From Hypanus sabinus (taxonomy: Eukaryota): DNA of 64,000 nucleotides. Positions within the stretch are counted from its first letter, which is position 1. The number at the start of each line of letters is the position of its first letter. The position numbers and the translations under genes are program-made. Of this stretch, positions 1 through 11,661 are shown piece by piece. The notes beneath the pieces were generated by a model, which was not told the origin of the DNA, made no database searches, and worked only from the letters and a program-made list of their open reading frames with translations. Location: positions 20,026,001 through 20,090,000 of the forward strand of contig NC_082732.1 of assembly GCF_030144855.1 (NCBI RefSeq), given 5' to 3'.

Positions 1-1425
1 CTGACCTGGTCATATCCCGGGTATTTATCACGAGTTATCCAGACTCTGACCTGGTCATATCCCAGGAATTTATCACGAGTTATCCAGACTCTGACCTGGT
101 CATATCCCATGAATTTATCACGAGTTATCCAGACTCTGACCTGGTCATATCTCGGGTATTTTTCACGAGTTATCCAGACTCTGACCTGGTCATATCCCGG
201 GAATTTATCACGAGTTATCCAGACTCTGACCTGGTCATATCCCGGGTATTTATCACGAGTTATCCAGACTCTGACCTGGTCATATCCCGGGAATTTATCA
301 CGAGTTATCCAGACTCTGACCTGGTCATATCCCGGGTATTTATCACGAGTTATCCAGACTCTGACCTGGTCATATCCCAGGAATTTATCACGAGTTATCC
401 AGACTCTGACCTGGTCATATCCCATGAATTTATCACGAGTTATCCAGACTCTGACCTGGTCATATCTCGGGTATTTATCACGAGTTATCCAGACTCTGAC
501 CTGGTCATATCCCGGGAATTTATCACGAGTTATCCAGACTCTGACCTGGTCATATCCCGGGAATTTATCACGAGTTATCCAGACTCTGACCTGGTCATAT
601 CCCGGGAATTTATCACGAGTTATCCAGACTCTGACCTGGTCATATCCTGGGAATTTATCACGAGTTATCCAGACTCTGAACTGGTCATATCTCGGGTATT
701 TATCACGAGTTATCCAGACTCTGACCTGGTCATATCCCGGGAATTTATCACGAGTTATCCAGACTCTGACCTGGTCATATCCCGGGAATTTATCACGAGT
801 TATCCAGACTCTGACCTGGTCATATCCCGGGAATTTATCACGAGTTATCCAGACTCTGACCTGGTCATATCCCGGGTATTTATCACGAGTTATCCAGACT
901 CTGACCTGGTCATATCCCGGGAATTTATCACGAGTTATCCAGACTCTGACCTGGTCATATCCCGGGTATTTATCACGAGTTATCCAGACTCTGACCTGGT
1001 CATATCCCGGGTATTTATCACGAGTTATCCAGACTCTGACCTGGTCATATCCCGGGTATTTATCACGAGTTATCCAGACTCTGACCTGGTCATATCCCGG
1101 GTATTTATCACGAGTTATCCAGACTCTGACCTGGTCATATCCCGGGAATTTATCACGAGTTATCCAGACTCTGACCTGGTCATATCCCGGGTATTTATCA
1201 CGAGTTATCCAGACTCTGACCTGGTCATATCCCAGGAATTTATCACGAGTTATCCAGACTCTGACCTGGTCATCTCCTGGGAATTTATCACGAGTTATCC
1301 AGACTCTGACTTGGTCATAGATTGGGTAATAATCAAAGGTTACCCAGACTCTGACCTAGTCATATCCCAAGTATTTATCATGGGCTACCCAGACTCTGAT
1401 CTGCTCATAGTCTAGATATTTATAT
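1..1425. repeat. 45-bp minisatellite (about 29 near-perfect plus 2-3 decayed units), truncated by window start
   Basis: Unit CTGACCTGGTCATATCCCGGG(T/A)ATTTATCACGAGTTATCCAGACT repeats every 45 nt from position 1 to ~1305, then decays to ~1425; explains the 403-aa 15-mer-repeat ORF. Confidence 0.97.
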
Positions 1426-2494
1426 GGCAGATCCAATTGTGCCAATGTTGATTTCCCCTTCAGGGATGAGGGAGAGAAAATCTCAGTCAGTAGTGAATTG
1501 ATCCCATAGGAAAGTCCACTATCAATGTGATTTGTTCACAGAACTGTAACCCAGACACACAATGCTGGTATTCATCATCAGGCACAAAGGGACAAAGGCC
1601 TCTTGAATTCCAACAATAATTAGAAAATTCAACAGATAAGTGGAGATTATAGAGAAGAAATTTCTCATGAACAATCAGGTCTTAAATTTACTCCTATGTT
1701 TCTTCAGACTCCTCCCCATTAGCGACTCTGCCTGACTACCCATCCTGCTTAATTTGACTCCTCTTATTTTAGGACATCAATGATACAAATAAGTATTTCA
1801 GGGGCTATAAAGCTGCAAGGAATCTCTGAAGTGTATTTATAGCAGAGAATTAAAAGGAAGAGAATCCTGCTCCAGGCCTTTGTGTAATGAGCGTTGTACA
1901 GCTCTCTCACTAATAATGATCATCTTTCAACCATAGACAGCCAGAATTAACCTAAGGATGTAAATTTATACTATCTGGCCCCACTCTATCCATTCTCATG
2001 CCCTTCATTCTGCAGCTGATTTTCCTGGAACATGCAATCCCAGGGGATCACGAGTGTGCAAGCCCTAACCCATGCAATGTAATGTGTAACTCGGACTCTA
2101 ACAATCTATGCATAGGTAGCTCAGCAGAAATTCCTCTCTCCAATATTCTGGAGGAGCTGCTAACTCTTGTATTACAAGTATGTTAAAGCAGAGCATTACC
2201 CAGGAATAAAGAGCCAATCGTTGATATGAGCTGGAAGAATTCTATCTGATCAAGGAAGTCTATGTCTTGGTGCAGCAAGTGAAAAGGACATTGGTAGGTT
2301 TAGTCAATTTGAGAAATAAAGTCAGAGAAATCTGTTTTAAGGCAGAACTGATGAAGGTGTGTGATGGCTTACTGGTAGTTCAAAAAGCAAGAAATTTGAC
2401 TAAAACATAATTAATAACACTTTTTCTGAAGTAAGTTGTGGTAAACCTTCACTGCAAGCAATGAAGAGGTGAGCAATGGTGAAGCAAATTTGAG

Positions 2495-3199
2495 GAATGA
2501 GCCGTGATGGTGCGTGGCAAAATTAAGATCGGTGGTGTTGGAGTGAGCAGTTCGGAGAGGAGGAGTCGAGGCAGAGGAGTTTCGATGCTCGCCCAGCTAA
2601 CCTGAGTGTGAGGTTGGATTGCTCTAAGCGCCCAGCTGACTTAGAGAGATTGAGAGCAGTTTTGGGGTGGGCGGCGAAGTCTAGGCTCAGAGTGAATCGC
2701 TGGTGTGTTCTCGGCCTGGAGTGTTTTGCGAGGCACGATCTGCTGCTTGGACCATTTAAACGCTGACCCAGATAATCTGGAAAGGCAGGGTGTCAGGACC
2801 GGAGGCAAGAGTTGGGCCGATTTCGCCCACTCTCCCGTGATGACCACTCCTCCCTCCACAACGCTGAGGCTGTGAGACTGCCTGGCTACTGTGCTTCATA
2901 TCTGCGAGGTTCGAGGCAATTTGCACCCCCCCCCCCCAGAACGATGAACTAAGGCTTTGTGTCTACTCTGGGAATTTGGATCTAAGGACTCAATTTGGTC
3001 CAGAATGCTGCTGCTCGCTTCTATTGTTTGCATGATTTGTGCTTTTATCTTTTTCTCTGCGCATCGGGTGTTGGAGTTTTTTAAAATTGGGTTCTTTCTG
3101 GTTCTTTGCCTTGTGGCTGCCTGTAAGCAGGCAAATCTCAGGGTTGTATAATTTATGTATTTTTTGATAATGAGTGCTCTTTGAATTTTGAACCTTTGA
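2495..3199 (+). mobile_element. Non-autonomous retroposon with Rex1/Babar-like 3' tail
   Basis: GC-rich non-coding body ending in AATCTCAGGGTTGTATA...TTTGATAAT...TTTGAACCTTTGA, like the tails of the RT-coding elements at 44215-44287 and 63860-63930. Confidence 0.6.
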
Positions 3200-3632
3200 G
3201 TGAAGAGAATTACAGAGGCATGAGAGAGGAGCTGGCCAATGTTGATTGGAAGGGTTGACTAGCAGCATCACAGCAAGCAGCAATAGCGAGAACTTCTGGG
3301 AGCAATTCGGAAGATGCAGGGTAGATACATCCTGAAGATGAAGAAGTATTCTAATGGCAGGATGATGCAACCGTGGCCGACAAGGGAAGTCAAAGCCAAT
3401 ATCAAAGCAAAAGAGAGAGCATACAGTATAATAGAGCAAAAATCAGTGGAATTGTTAAAATTAAGATTGTTAGAAGTGAGCACATGTTTGGCACAGCGTT
3501 GTGGGGCTGAAGGGCCTGTTTTGTGCTGTAGGCTTTCTATGTTTCTATAAGATTTGTAAGCTTTTAAACAGTGGGCAACTTAAAAAGCCCTAAGTCGTGA
3601 GAAGATGAAATATGAAACTGGCCAATAACATC

Positions 3633-4135
3633 TTTCTTTCTTTTTAAATCTTTTTGTTAATTTTCAAACAAAACATAAGAAAGAAAAACAACAAATACAG
3701 AGAGCTTGAGAGTACATAATTAATGTTGGAATGCAAATACAAACAGTTAATAACACAGATATAATAACCTCCCAGACTTATACTGTATTTACAAAAATAA
3801 AACCCCCAAAAAAACTAACAACAGATAACCTAACCAACGTGGGCTATTGTATCATATCAGGTATACACAGTAGTGTCAATAACTCCACACCTCTATCGGA
3901 ATAACTAATGGTGATAAGAAAAAGGTTCAGGAAAGGTCAATTTAACTCATATGAAAATGTTAAATAAATGGTCTCCAGGTTTCTGCAAATTTGACCAAAG
4001 TGTCAAAAATGACACTTCTGATTTTTTCTAAACTCAGACAAAATATAGTTTGGGAAAACCATTGAAATGTAGTTGGGGGATTAGTTTCTTTCCCATTCAA
4101 TAGAATGGATCTTCCAGCCATTAATGTAACAAATA
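3633..4135 (-). mobile_element. L1 3' fragment inserted in CR1
   Basis: ORF2 C-terminus (..CLSLEKIRS..FAETWRPF) homologous to 8885-9259; A-rich (GAAA) tail; 11-bp TSD CCAATAACATC at 3622-3632 and 4136-4146. Confidence 0.9.
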
Positions 4136-4856
4136 CCAATAACATCAAAGAGGATATCAAAAGTTTTTTCAGGTGTATAAAGTGTAGAAGATAGCAAGAG
4201 CAGATTTTGGACCACTAGAAAATGATGCTGCAGAGGTGGTAATGGGGAACAAAGATCTGTCGGAGAAACTTCGCATCAGTCTTCACTCTGGAAGACACCA
4301 GCAGTGTGTTGGGTGTTTTAGAGTGTCAAGGGCAGAAGCTGAAAGGTCTGAAGGTAGATAAGTCACCTGGACCAGATAGACTACACCCCAAGGTTCAGAA
4401 AGAGGTGGCTGAAGAAATTGTGGAGGCATTAGTAATGATCTTTTCAGAACCACTAAATTCTAGCATGGTTCCGGAGGACTGGAAAATTGCAAATGTCACT
4501 CCACTTTTCAAGAAAGGAGGGAGGCAGAATTAAAAGCCAATTAGCCTGACCCGAGTGGTTGGGAAGATGTTAGAATTGATTGTTAAGGATGAAGGTTTCA
4601 GGTTACTTGGAAGCACATGATAAAATGGCCCAAAGTCAGCATGGTTTCCTTAAGGGAAAATCTCGCTTGACGTATCTGTTGGAATTCTCTAAGGAAAATA
4701 CAAGCAGGATAGACAAAGGAGAATCAGTGGATGTTGTGTACACGTGCGGCTGCTTAGTAAGATAAGAGTCTTTTGTATGACAAGAAAGATACTTGCATGG
4801 ATAGGGCAATGGCTGATTGGCAAGAGGCAAAGAGTGGGAATAAAGGGAGTCTTTCC

Positions 4857-5260
4857 CTCAAGTGATGCTATGTCTTAGTTTGGAGAAAATTAGAAGTCAA
4901 ACCTTTGAACCTTTATTTGATTTTGAGAAAAGATGGGGCTCATTTGCTCGTTATTATCATTTGAGCTAATTGATAGATCTTCTCCATGATCTAATTGTAA
5001 ATTTTTTTGATATATTTTTCTTTCTTGCTGGCGGTTTGATGTTTATTTTTGAAAGCTTTTTGTATGACGCATGGCTCCGGGGTTGCACTCCTAATGTTTC
5101 TTTTCCCACTTTTTTTGCTTAGTAGGGTTTTTTTTATTCACAAAATTTTCGATCTGTAAGATAATTACTTTTTTTTCCTCGAGGCATTGTAAGCGTTGTT
5201 ACTTCGATGTGTTATTTTTGAATAATATAATCATAATAAAAAAGATTTGAAAAGAAAAAG
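4857..5260 (+). mobile_element. L1 3' fragment inserted in CR1
   Basis: Encodes CLSLEKIRS..FEKRWGSF, followed by a T-rich 3'UTR, AATAAAAAAGATTTG and a GAAAA tail; CR1 sequence resumes afterwards. Confidence 0.8.
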
Positions 5261-5729
5261 AGACTTTTCTGATTGGCTGCTGTGTTCCACAGTGATCAGT
5301 ATTGGGACTGTTTTTAATATGTTGTATATTAATGATTTGAATGATGGAATTGATGGAATTCTGGCCAAGTTTGTGGATGATGTGAAAATAGGTGGAGGGC
5401 CAGGTAGTGTTAAGGAAGCAGGGAGGCTGTAGAAGGACTTAGACAGATTGGGACAATGAAGTGGCAGTTGTGAAGTCAGTCACTTGGTAGAAGGAATAGA
5501 AGTGTAGACTATTTTCTAAACAGGGAGAACTTGCAAAAATTTGAGGTGCAAAGAGTCCTCCTGCAGGATTCCTTAAAGGTTAATTTGCAGGTTCAGTCAG
5601 TGGTAAAGAAGGCAAATGGAAAGTTAACGTTCATTTCAAGAGGACTAGAATATAAAAACAAAAATAGTGAGGCCTCTCTTTAGAGTATTATGAGCTGTTT
5701 TGAGCACTTTATCTAAGGATGTGCTGATG

Positions 5730-6362
5730 TTCAAGATTCAAGTACATTTATTATCAACTAATGTATAAATTATACAACCTTGAGATTTGCTTCCTCACGG
5801 TTAGCCACAAAGCAAGAAACCTGAAAGAATCCAATTAAAGAAAAAAAGAATAAAAATTAAAATAAAAGACCAACACTGGATGTGCAAGAGAAATAAAAAT
5901 AACACAAGTCATGCAAACAATTGAAGTGAAGAACATTCCGAAGCAAAATTGAGTCCTCAGGTCCAAACCCCGGAGGCACCCAGAGTAGGCCCAAAGCCTC
6001 ACCTATCAGTTCATCATATTAGGCAAGCACAGAGCACAGCAGCTGGGGCAGGCTTCATACGCTCAGCGCCATGGAGATGATCATCACAGAGAATGAGCGA
6101 AATCCACTCTCGCCCCAGGTCCTGAAGCCCTGTCTTTTCATTATATCTGGACTGGTGTTTAAAATGGAACAGCAAAAGGCTCTAGTGCCCTGGAAACAGG
6201 AGTGAAGATCCTAGAGAGTGAACAAAATCGGCTCTTGCCTCCGATCTGGGGCAGCGTTCAAATTGTCCAGAAAGCGAATCATACTTTGCACTAGGACCCG
6301 GCTGCAGCGAAAGGCTCCAGGCCTGAACCCCACCAACCAGTGACTTGCTTCGGGCCTAGATT
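5730..6362 (-). mobile_element. Non-autonomous retroposon with Rex1/Babar-like tail
   Basis: Begins with the reverse complement of the shared tail (TTCAAGTACATTTATTATCAA...ACAACCTTGAGATT); similar to 14710-15200. Confidence 0.6.
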
Positions 6363-6707
6363 TCAGCAGATTGGGGTTTAGAGGGACATGGATCAGCCAT
6401 GATGAAATGGCAAAGCAGCCCCAATGGGCCAAATGGCCTAACTCAGATGCTGAAGGACTGAGGACTGGACGTCTCATTGGGTTGTGACAGGAGTTCCTTG
6501 ATGGCCCAAGTACAGAGACACAGACACAGAGTGAAGAGTTCACTGGGCTTTATCAAGAACTGTACAGAACCAAGGAAAATAAAAACTGCCAGGCCAGCAG
6601 GGCTGCAAACTAAAAGCTCTCAAACTAATTAAAAGCTAACAGCGTCACTGTGTCTCAAAGGCAGTAACCCAGAACTAAATTAACTAAATCAACTTGCCAA
6701 GAGTTTG

Positions 6708-7217
6708 CTGGTGGCCAACCATTTTTAAATTCCTAACCCCATTCCCATTCCAACATGTCATTCCATGGCCTCCTCTTTTGCTACAATGAGGCCACTTTCA
6801 GGGTGGAAGAACAACAAGTCAAATTCCATCTGGGTAGCCTCCGACCTTGTGGTGGAAGTTTCCCTCCTCCTTCCCTCTTCTTCTGTTCCCCACTCTGGCC
6901 TCTTACCTCTTCTCCTCAACTGCCTATTACCTCCCCCTGAAGCCCCCTCTTCTTTCCTTTGTCCCATGATCCACTTCCTTCTCCTATCAGATTCCTTCTT
7001 CGCCAGCCCTTTACCTTTCCCACCCACCTGGCTTCACCTGTCACTTTCTAGCTATCCTCCCCTCTGCACCCCACCTTTTTTATTCTGGCGTCTCTCTTTC
7101 CTTTCCAGTCCTGAAGACGGGTCTCGGGCTGAAATGTTGACTGCTTATTCATTTCCATAGATGTCACATAACCTGCTGAGTTCCACCAGAATTTTGTGTG
7201 CGTTGCTCTGGATTTGC
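6708..7217 (+). mobile_element. Penelope-like element 3' end (GIY-YIG C-terminus plus pseudo-LTR)
   Basis: Translates as VANHF..HSHSNMSFHGLLFCYNEATFRVEEQQVKFHLGSLRP, typical of the PLE endonuclease C-terminus; followed by a pyrimidine-rich tract, a hammerhead motif and the CCTGCTGAGTTCC..CATTTTGTGTG-type tail. Confidence 0.8.
7106..7143 (+). ncRNA. Minimal type I hammerhead ribozyme motif (partly decayed)
   Basis: CAGTC-CTGAAGA-C-GGGTCTCGGGCT-GAAA-TGTT-GACTG: helix I CAGTC/GACTG, CUGANGA and GAAA core boxes, imperfect helix II, CpG-decayed GAAACGUC. Confidence 0.65.
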
Positions 7218-8506
7218 CACATCATTACCGCTCCTTTAACAGCATCTATCGAAATCACTAATCGCCTTTCCTGGAACGTGGACGAAGGTAAGCAGGGAGC
7301 ACGGTCATTGCTGTGCCTCAATCAAGACTTGACAAGACTGAACAGAAAGGAAGAGAGTTAAATACAATCACAAAGAATCCCTAGTTGGCTGGAATGTGCA
7401 GATCCTCACACGTGTGATTGTTGTTTTTTGGTCATCTGCCTGCCAACGAGAGCGCCTAGACTCCATGGCAGAATCTGTGAATATGACACGTTGTATGAGA
7501 TTGTAGAGGTCATTGTCTGAGGGGTGGTGATTGGGGGTTCGGACTGGAATATCTTGAAAATATGAATGAAAAAACTGTGGGAGGGTGGTACGCATCATAA
7601 AGGCTTTCAGTTTTGCCATGCACCCTCACCGATTATCATTTCATCTCCTTTGCTTCATTCATGGGGCCGAGAAGGACTTTGGATCCAATGGGTAAATATC
7701 AACAGCCACCAGTTAGTCCCCAAAACCCCTCAAGGTCAGACCTGGGTGTATGCAATTAGGGCAGCTGGTCAGGGGAGAAACTTCATCCGTATAGTTAAAG
7801 CTGCAGCTCAACTAACAGTGGTTGGCTTCTATATGGTTCCTAGAACATCTCAGCAGGCTCACAAGGAGTGGAATCAAACAAGAGCTGTGCAGCATTTGGT
7901 ACTGAACCATTGAAGGAAAGATCAGGATGCATAACAAATGGCTTGGTCAATGTGTATATGTAAGCCGTTAGTCTCGATAGACCATGGATTTTCCAGGGCA
8001 CAAGCCTGGGCAAGCTTGGTCAATAATATTGCTTTAAGGAGATCTTGAATGAGGAGAGAATTCCAGAACCCAGCCAGCACTGATAATAACGAAATGTGGT
8101 GCAATTGAATAGCAACTTAAGTACATAACTTCTTTACCTTCTCAGTCAATTTCCATCACCCAAATTAACAATATTCCAATTTATCTACAAATAGATTCAA
8201 GTTAATATAGCAGAAGATTGGTTTTTGCTCAGAAAAGATCCTCACATCCGTGAATATAAAAATGGATTTAGGTTCATTGCCAAAAGCCTTAATTAGTGAA
8301 GCAAAGAGATTTGGGAGGTGTGTGGATCTAGAAGAGGTTGTCGAGGTCAGTAGTCATTAGAGGCTTGGGTTGGATGTAGAAAGCAATAAAATGCTTTTGG
8401 TGGAGTGGTTCACATCAGTCAGCATATGTTCACGGAGTGATTTGAGAGACACAAAGCAGACTTTCAGATGAGGTAGAGGAGGCTGATCACTGAAAGAGTC
8501 AAACTC

Positions 8507-11428
8507 TTTCTTTCTTTTTCAATCTTTTTATTGAGTTTCATATAAATATAAAAAACATAACATAATAATGAATGGGTTATGAATACAATAGACTTGAAAT
8601 TACATTAATAATAAGATAATACTATCCTATTGAACATCAACAAAAAAAAGTACATTAATCAATCGAGTCTATATAATTATATATGAAAAAAAACAAAAAT
8701 AATCATCAAAAGAAAAAGAAAAAAAATTTGAAAATATATAAAAGAGAATATATATGAAAAAAAACACTAAACTAAACTAACATGGGCAATAATAACAGTT
8801 TATAAGTATATGATAGTGTCAAAGAACTCTGGAACTCCATACCTGAACAAGAATAAGCAGAGAGAAGGTCTGGAAAAGGCCAAATTAATTCATATGAAAA
8901 TGTCGAATGAACGGTCCCCAAGTTTCTTCAAATTTAATTGATGAGTCAGAAATAGTGCTTCTAATTTTTTCCAAACTCAGATAAGAAATAGTTTGAAAAA
9001 GCCACTGAGACGTGGTAGGAGGATTTACTTCTTTCCAATTTTGTAATGTAGACCTTCTGGCCATTAATGTTACAAAAGCAATCATTCGTCTGATTGAAGG
9101 AGAAAACTGATTACCATCCTCATTTGGTATACCAAAAATTGCAGTAATAAAATGAGGTTGTAAATCGATATTCCAAATTGAGGAAATGGTAACAAATATG
9201 TCCTTCCAATAGTTATGTAAAGTGGGACATGACCAAAACATGTGGGTCAATGAAGCCACTTCTGAATGACATCTGTCACATTGAGGGTTAATATGAGAAT
9301 AGAATCAAGCAAGCTTATCTTTAGACATATAAGCTCTATGTACAATTTTAAATTGTATTAAAGCATGTTTAGCACATATAGAAGAATTAACCATTTGTAA
9401 AATTTTTTCCCATTTATCTGTTGATATATTGTATCGAATTTCTTTTTCCCATTGTTGTTTAATTCTATCAGATATTTCTGGTTGTATCTTCATAATCATA
9501 TTATAAATAAAAGCTACTAATCCCTTCTGACAAGGATTTAAGATAAAAATCAAATCTGAGAAATCCGTTCAAGTTGAATTGGAAAAGATGGTAGAACTTT
9601 ATGTAAAAAATTTCTGATTTGTAAATATCTGAAAAAATTAGATTTAGGTAATTTAAATTTATTGGAAAGTTGGTCAAAAGACATCAAAGTACCTTTAAAA
9701 AAAAGATCACGAAAACATTTTATACCTTTCCTTTTCCATATGCTAAAAGCTTGATCTGTCAAGGAAGGTTTGAAAAAAAAATTAAATAAAATAGGGCTAT
9801 CAAGAACAAAGTTTTTCAGAGTAAAAAATTTACGAAATTGAAACCAAATTCGTAATGTATGTTTGATAACAGGATTAGATATCTGTTTATTGAATTTAAC
9901 TAAATCAGCAGGAAGTAAAGAACCAAGAACAGAGAATAGAGAATATCCCTTTACCTCGTTGCATTTCAAATTTACCCACTGTGGACACAATGATGAGTCC
10001 AAATCTAATTTCCAATACGTTAGGTTACGAATATTATTCGCCCAGTAGTAAAATCTAAAGTTAGGTAAAGCTAAACCACCATCTTTTTTAGATTTTTGTA
10101 ATTGCCTTTTACTTAACCTGGGGTTTTTATTTTGCCACACAAATGAGGAAATTTTTGAATCAATGTTGTCAAAAAAAGATTTAGGAATAAAAATTGGTAA
10201 GGCTTGAAATAAATATAAAAATTTCGGTAAAATCATCATTTTAATAGCATTAATCCGACCAACTAATGATAAGGATAAGGGAGACCATCTTGTAGTAAGG
10301 TGTTGAATTTGATGAAGCATAGGTAAAAAATTCAGTCTAAATAAATTTTTATATTTCTTGGTAATTTTTATACCCAAATAGATAAAATTATCAGTAACAA
10401 CTTTAAATGGAATCCTGTCATTCAATAAAGTTTGCGCGTTTAAGGGGAATAATTCACTCTTATCTAAGTTTAATTTATAACCAGAAAAACTACCAAATTG
10501 AGCCAACAAGGATAAAATAGCGGGAATAGACCTATCAGGATCAGAAATATATAACAGCAAGTCATCAGCATAAAGTGATAATTTGTATAACTTCTTATTA
10601 CGGGTAATACCAAAAATATTAGGAGATTCACGAATAGCAATGGCTAAAGGTTCTAATGCAATATTAAATAATAAAGGACTTAAAGGACAACCTTGTCTCG
10701 TACCACGAGATAATTGAAAAAAAGAGGATCTATAATTATTTGTAAGTACAGAAGCAACAGGTTTATAATATATTAATTTAATCCATGATATAAAATTAGG
10801 ACTAAAATTAAAATTTCTCAATGCATTAAATAAGTATGTCCATTCAACTCTATCAAAGGCTTTTTCAGCATCTAATGAGATAACACATTCTGGGACTGTG
10901 GGTGATGAAGTATAAATTATATTAATCAATTTTCTAACATTAAAAAAAGAATACCGATTCCTAATGAAACCAGTTTGATCTTCTGAAATAATCTGTGATA
11001 GTACCTTTTCTAATCTAATGGCTAAAATTTTTGTAAGAATCTTAGAATCTACATTTAATAATGATATAGGGCGATAAGATGCACATAAAGTAGGATCTTT
11101 ATCTTTTTTAAGAATTAGAGAGATAGTAGCTTCATAAAAAGATTGAGGTAATCTCTTCTTAGCAAACGCATCATTAAAGATTTCACATAACCAAGGGGAA
11201 AGCAAAGAAGAAAAAGTTTTGAAAAATTCTACAATATAACCATCAGGGCCAGGAGCTTTCCCTGAAATCATTGATGAGATAGCCTCACCTATTTCGGCCA
11301 TAGAGATAGGAGCATCAAACAAGCTACGATCTTCACCTATCAGTTTAGGAATATTCAAATTGTTAAAAAAATTATCCATCATGGACAGGTCACCATCAAA
11401 TTCTGATTGATATAAAGATTTATAAAAA
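8507..11428 (-). mobile_element. 5'-truncated L1 LINE with 15-bp TSD
   Basis: L1 ORF2 RT (KAPGPDG, YRPISLLN, SLDAEKAFDRV, GTRQGCPLSPLLF, LYADD), C-terminal CCHC knuckle (CDRC..THMFWSC), (GAAA)n tail; TSD GAAAGAGTCAAACTC at 8492-8506 and 11429-11443. Confidence 0.95.
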
Positions 11429-11661
11429 GAAAGAGTCAAACTCATGAGCAACAAAGGTGAAGATGTGGGTTTCAGCAGCAGACAAGTTGAGGAAGTAGCA
11501 TGGAGATGGAAATAAACTGTCTTAGTGGTGGAACAAATGGTCTGGCTCTGCTGCAGGCACTTCCTGGAATGGAAATGGGTGGCCACTGAGCTGAGTTGAT
11601 GCCGACATGGGAGGAGGGTGTTTGGGGGCAAATTAAAGATAATAGCCTCTGTTTTCCTCAT
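9550..11661 (-). pseudogene. 703-aa chimeric ORF: L2-fossil-derived N-terminus fused in frame to L1 RT domain (no endonuclease; frameshifted before the C-terminal domain)
   Basis: ATG at 11661-11659 lies outside the TSD-defined L1; ORF is open through the whole RT; ORF2 C-terminus continues in other frames (9305-9553, 8885-9259). Confidence 0.75.

Larger units (their letters stand above)
3200..5729 (+). mobile_element. CR1 LINE, degraded ORF2, with nested insertions
   Basis: CR1 ORF2 motifs KSPGPD..HPKV.KE, VPEDWKIANVTPLFKKG, SQHGFLKGKS.LT.LLEF, YINDL, KFVDD; interrupted by two L1 3' fragments and a short CR1 tail. Confidence 0.9.

Noticed and set aside
1-1305. CRISPR-like array (constant part plus variable part)
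   Set aside because: Variable segments are point variants of one sequence, not unique spacers; eukaryotic context and no cas genes
109-1320. 403-aa repetitive ORF
   Set aside because: By-product of a stop-free 45-bp unit; the ATG is a repeat variant, with no splice or domain support
6483-6707. Possible minus-strand LTR fragment
   Set aside because: Starts with TGT and has LTR-like composition, but no second terminus or TSD is visible
7368-8104. Short ORFs as a transposase or host exon
   Set aside because: No recognisable motifs or consistent splice sites; includes a small repeat fragment
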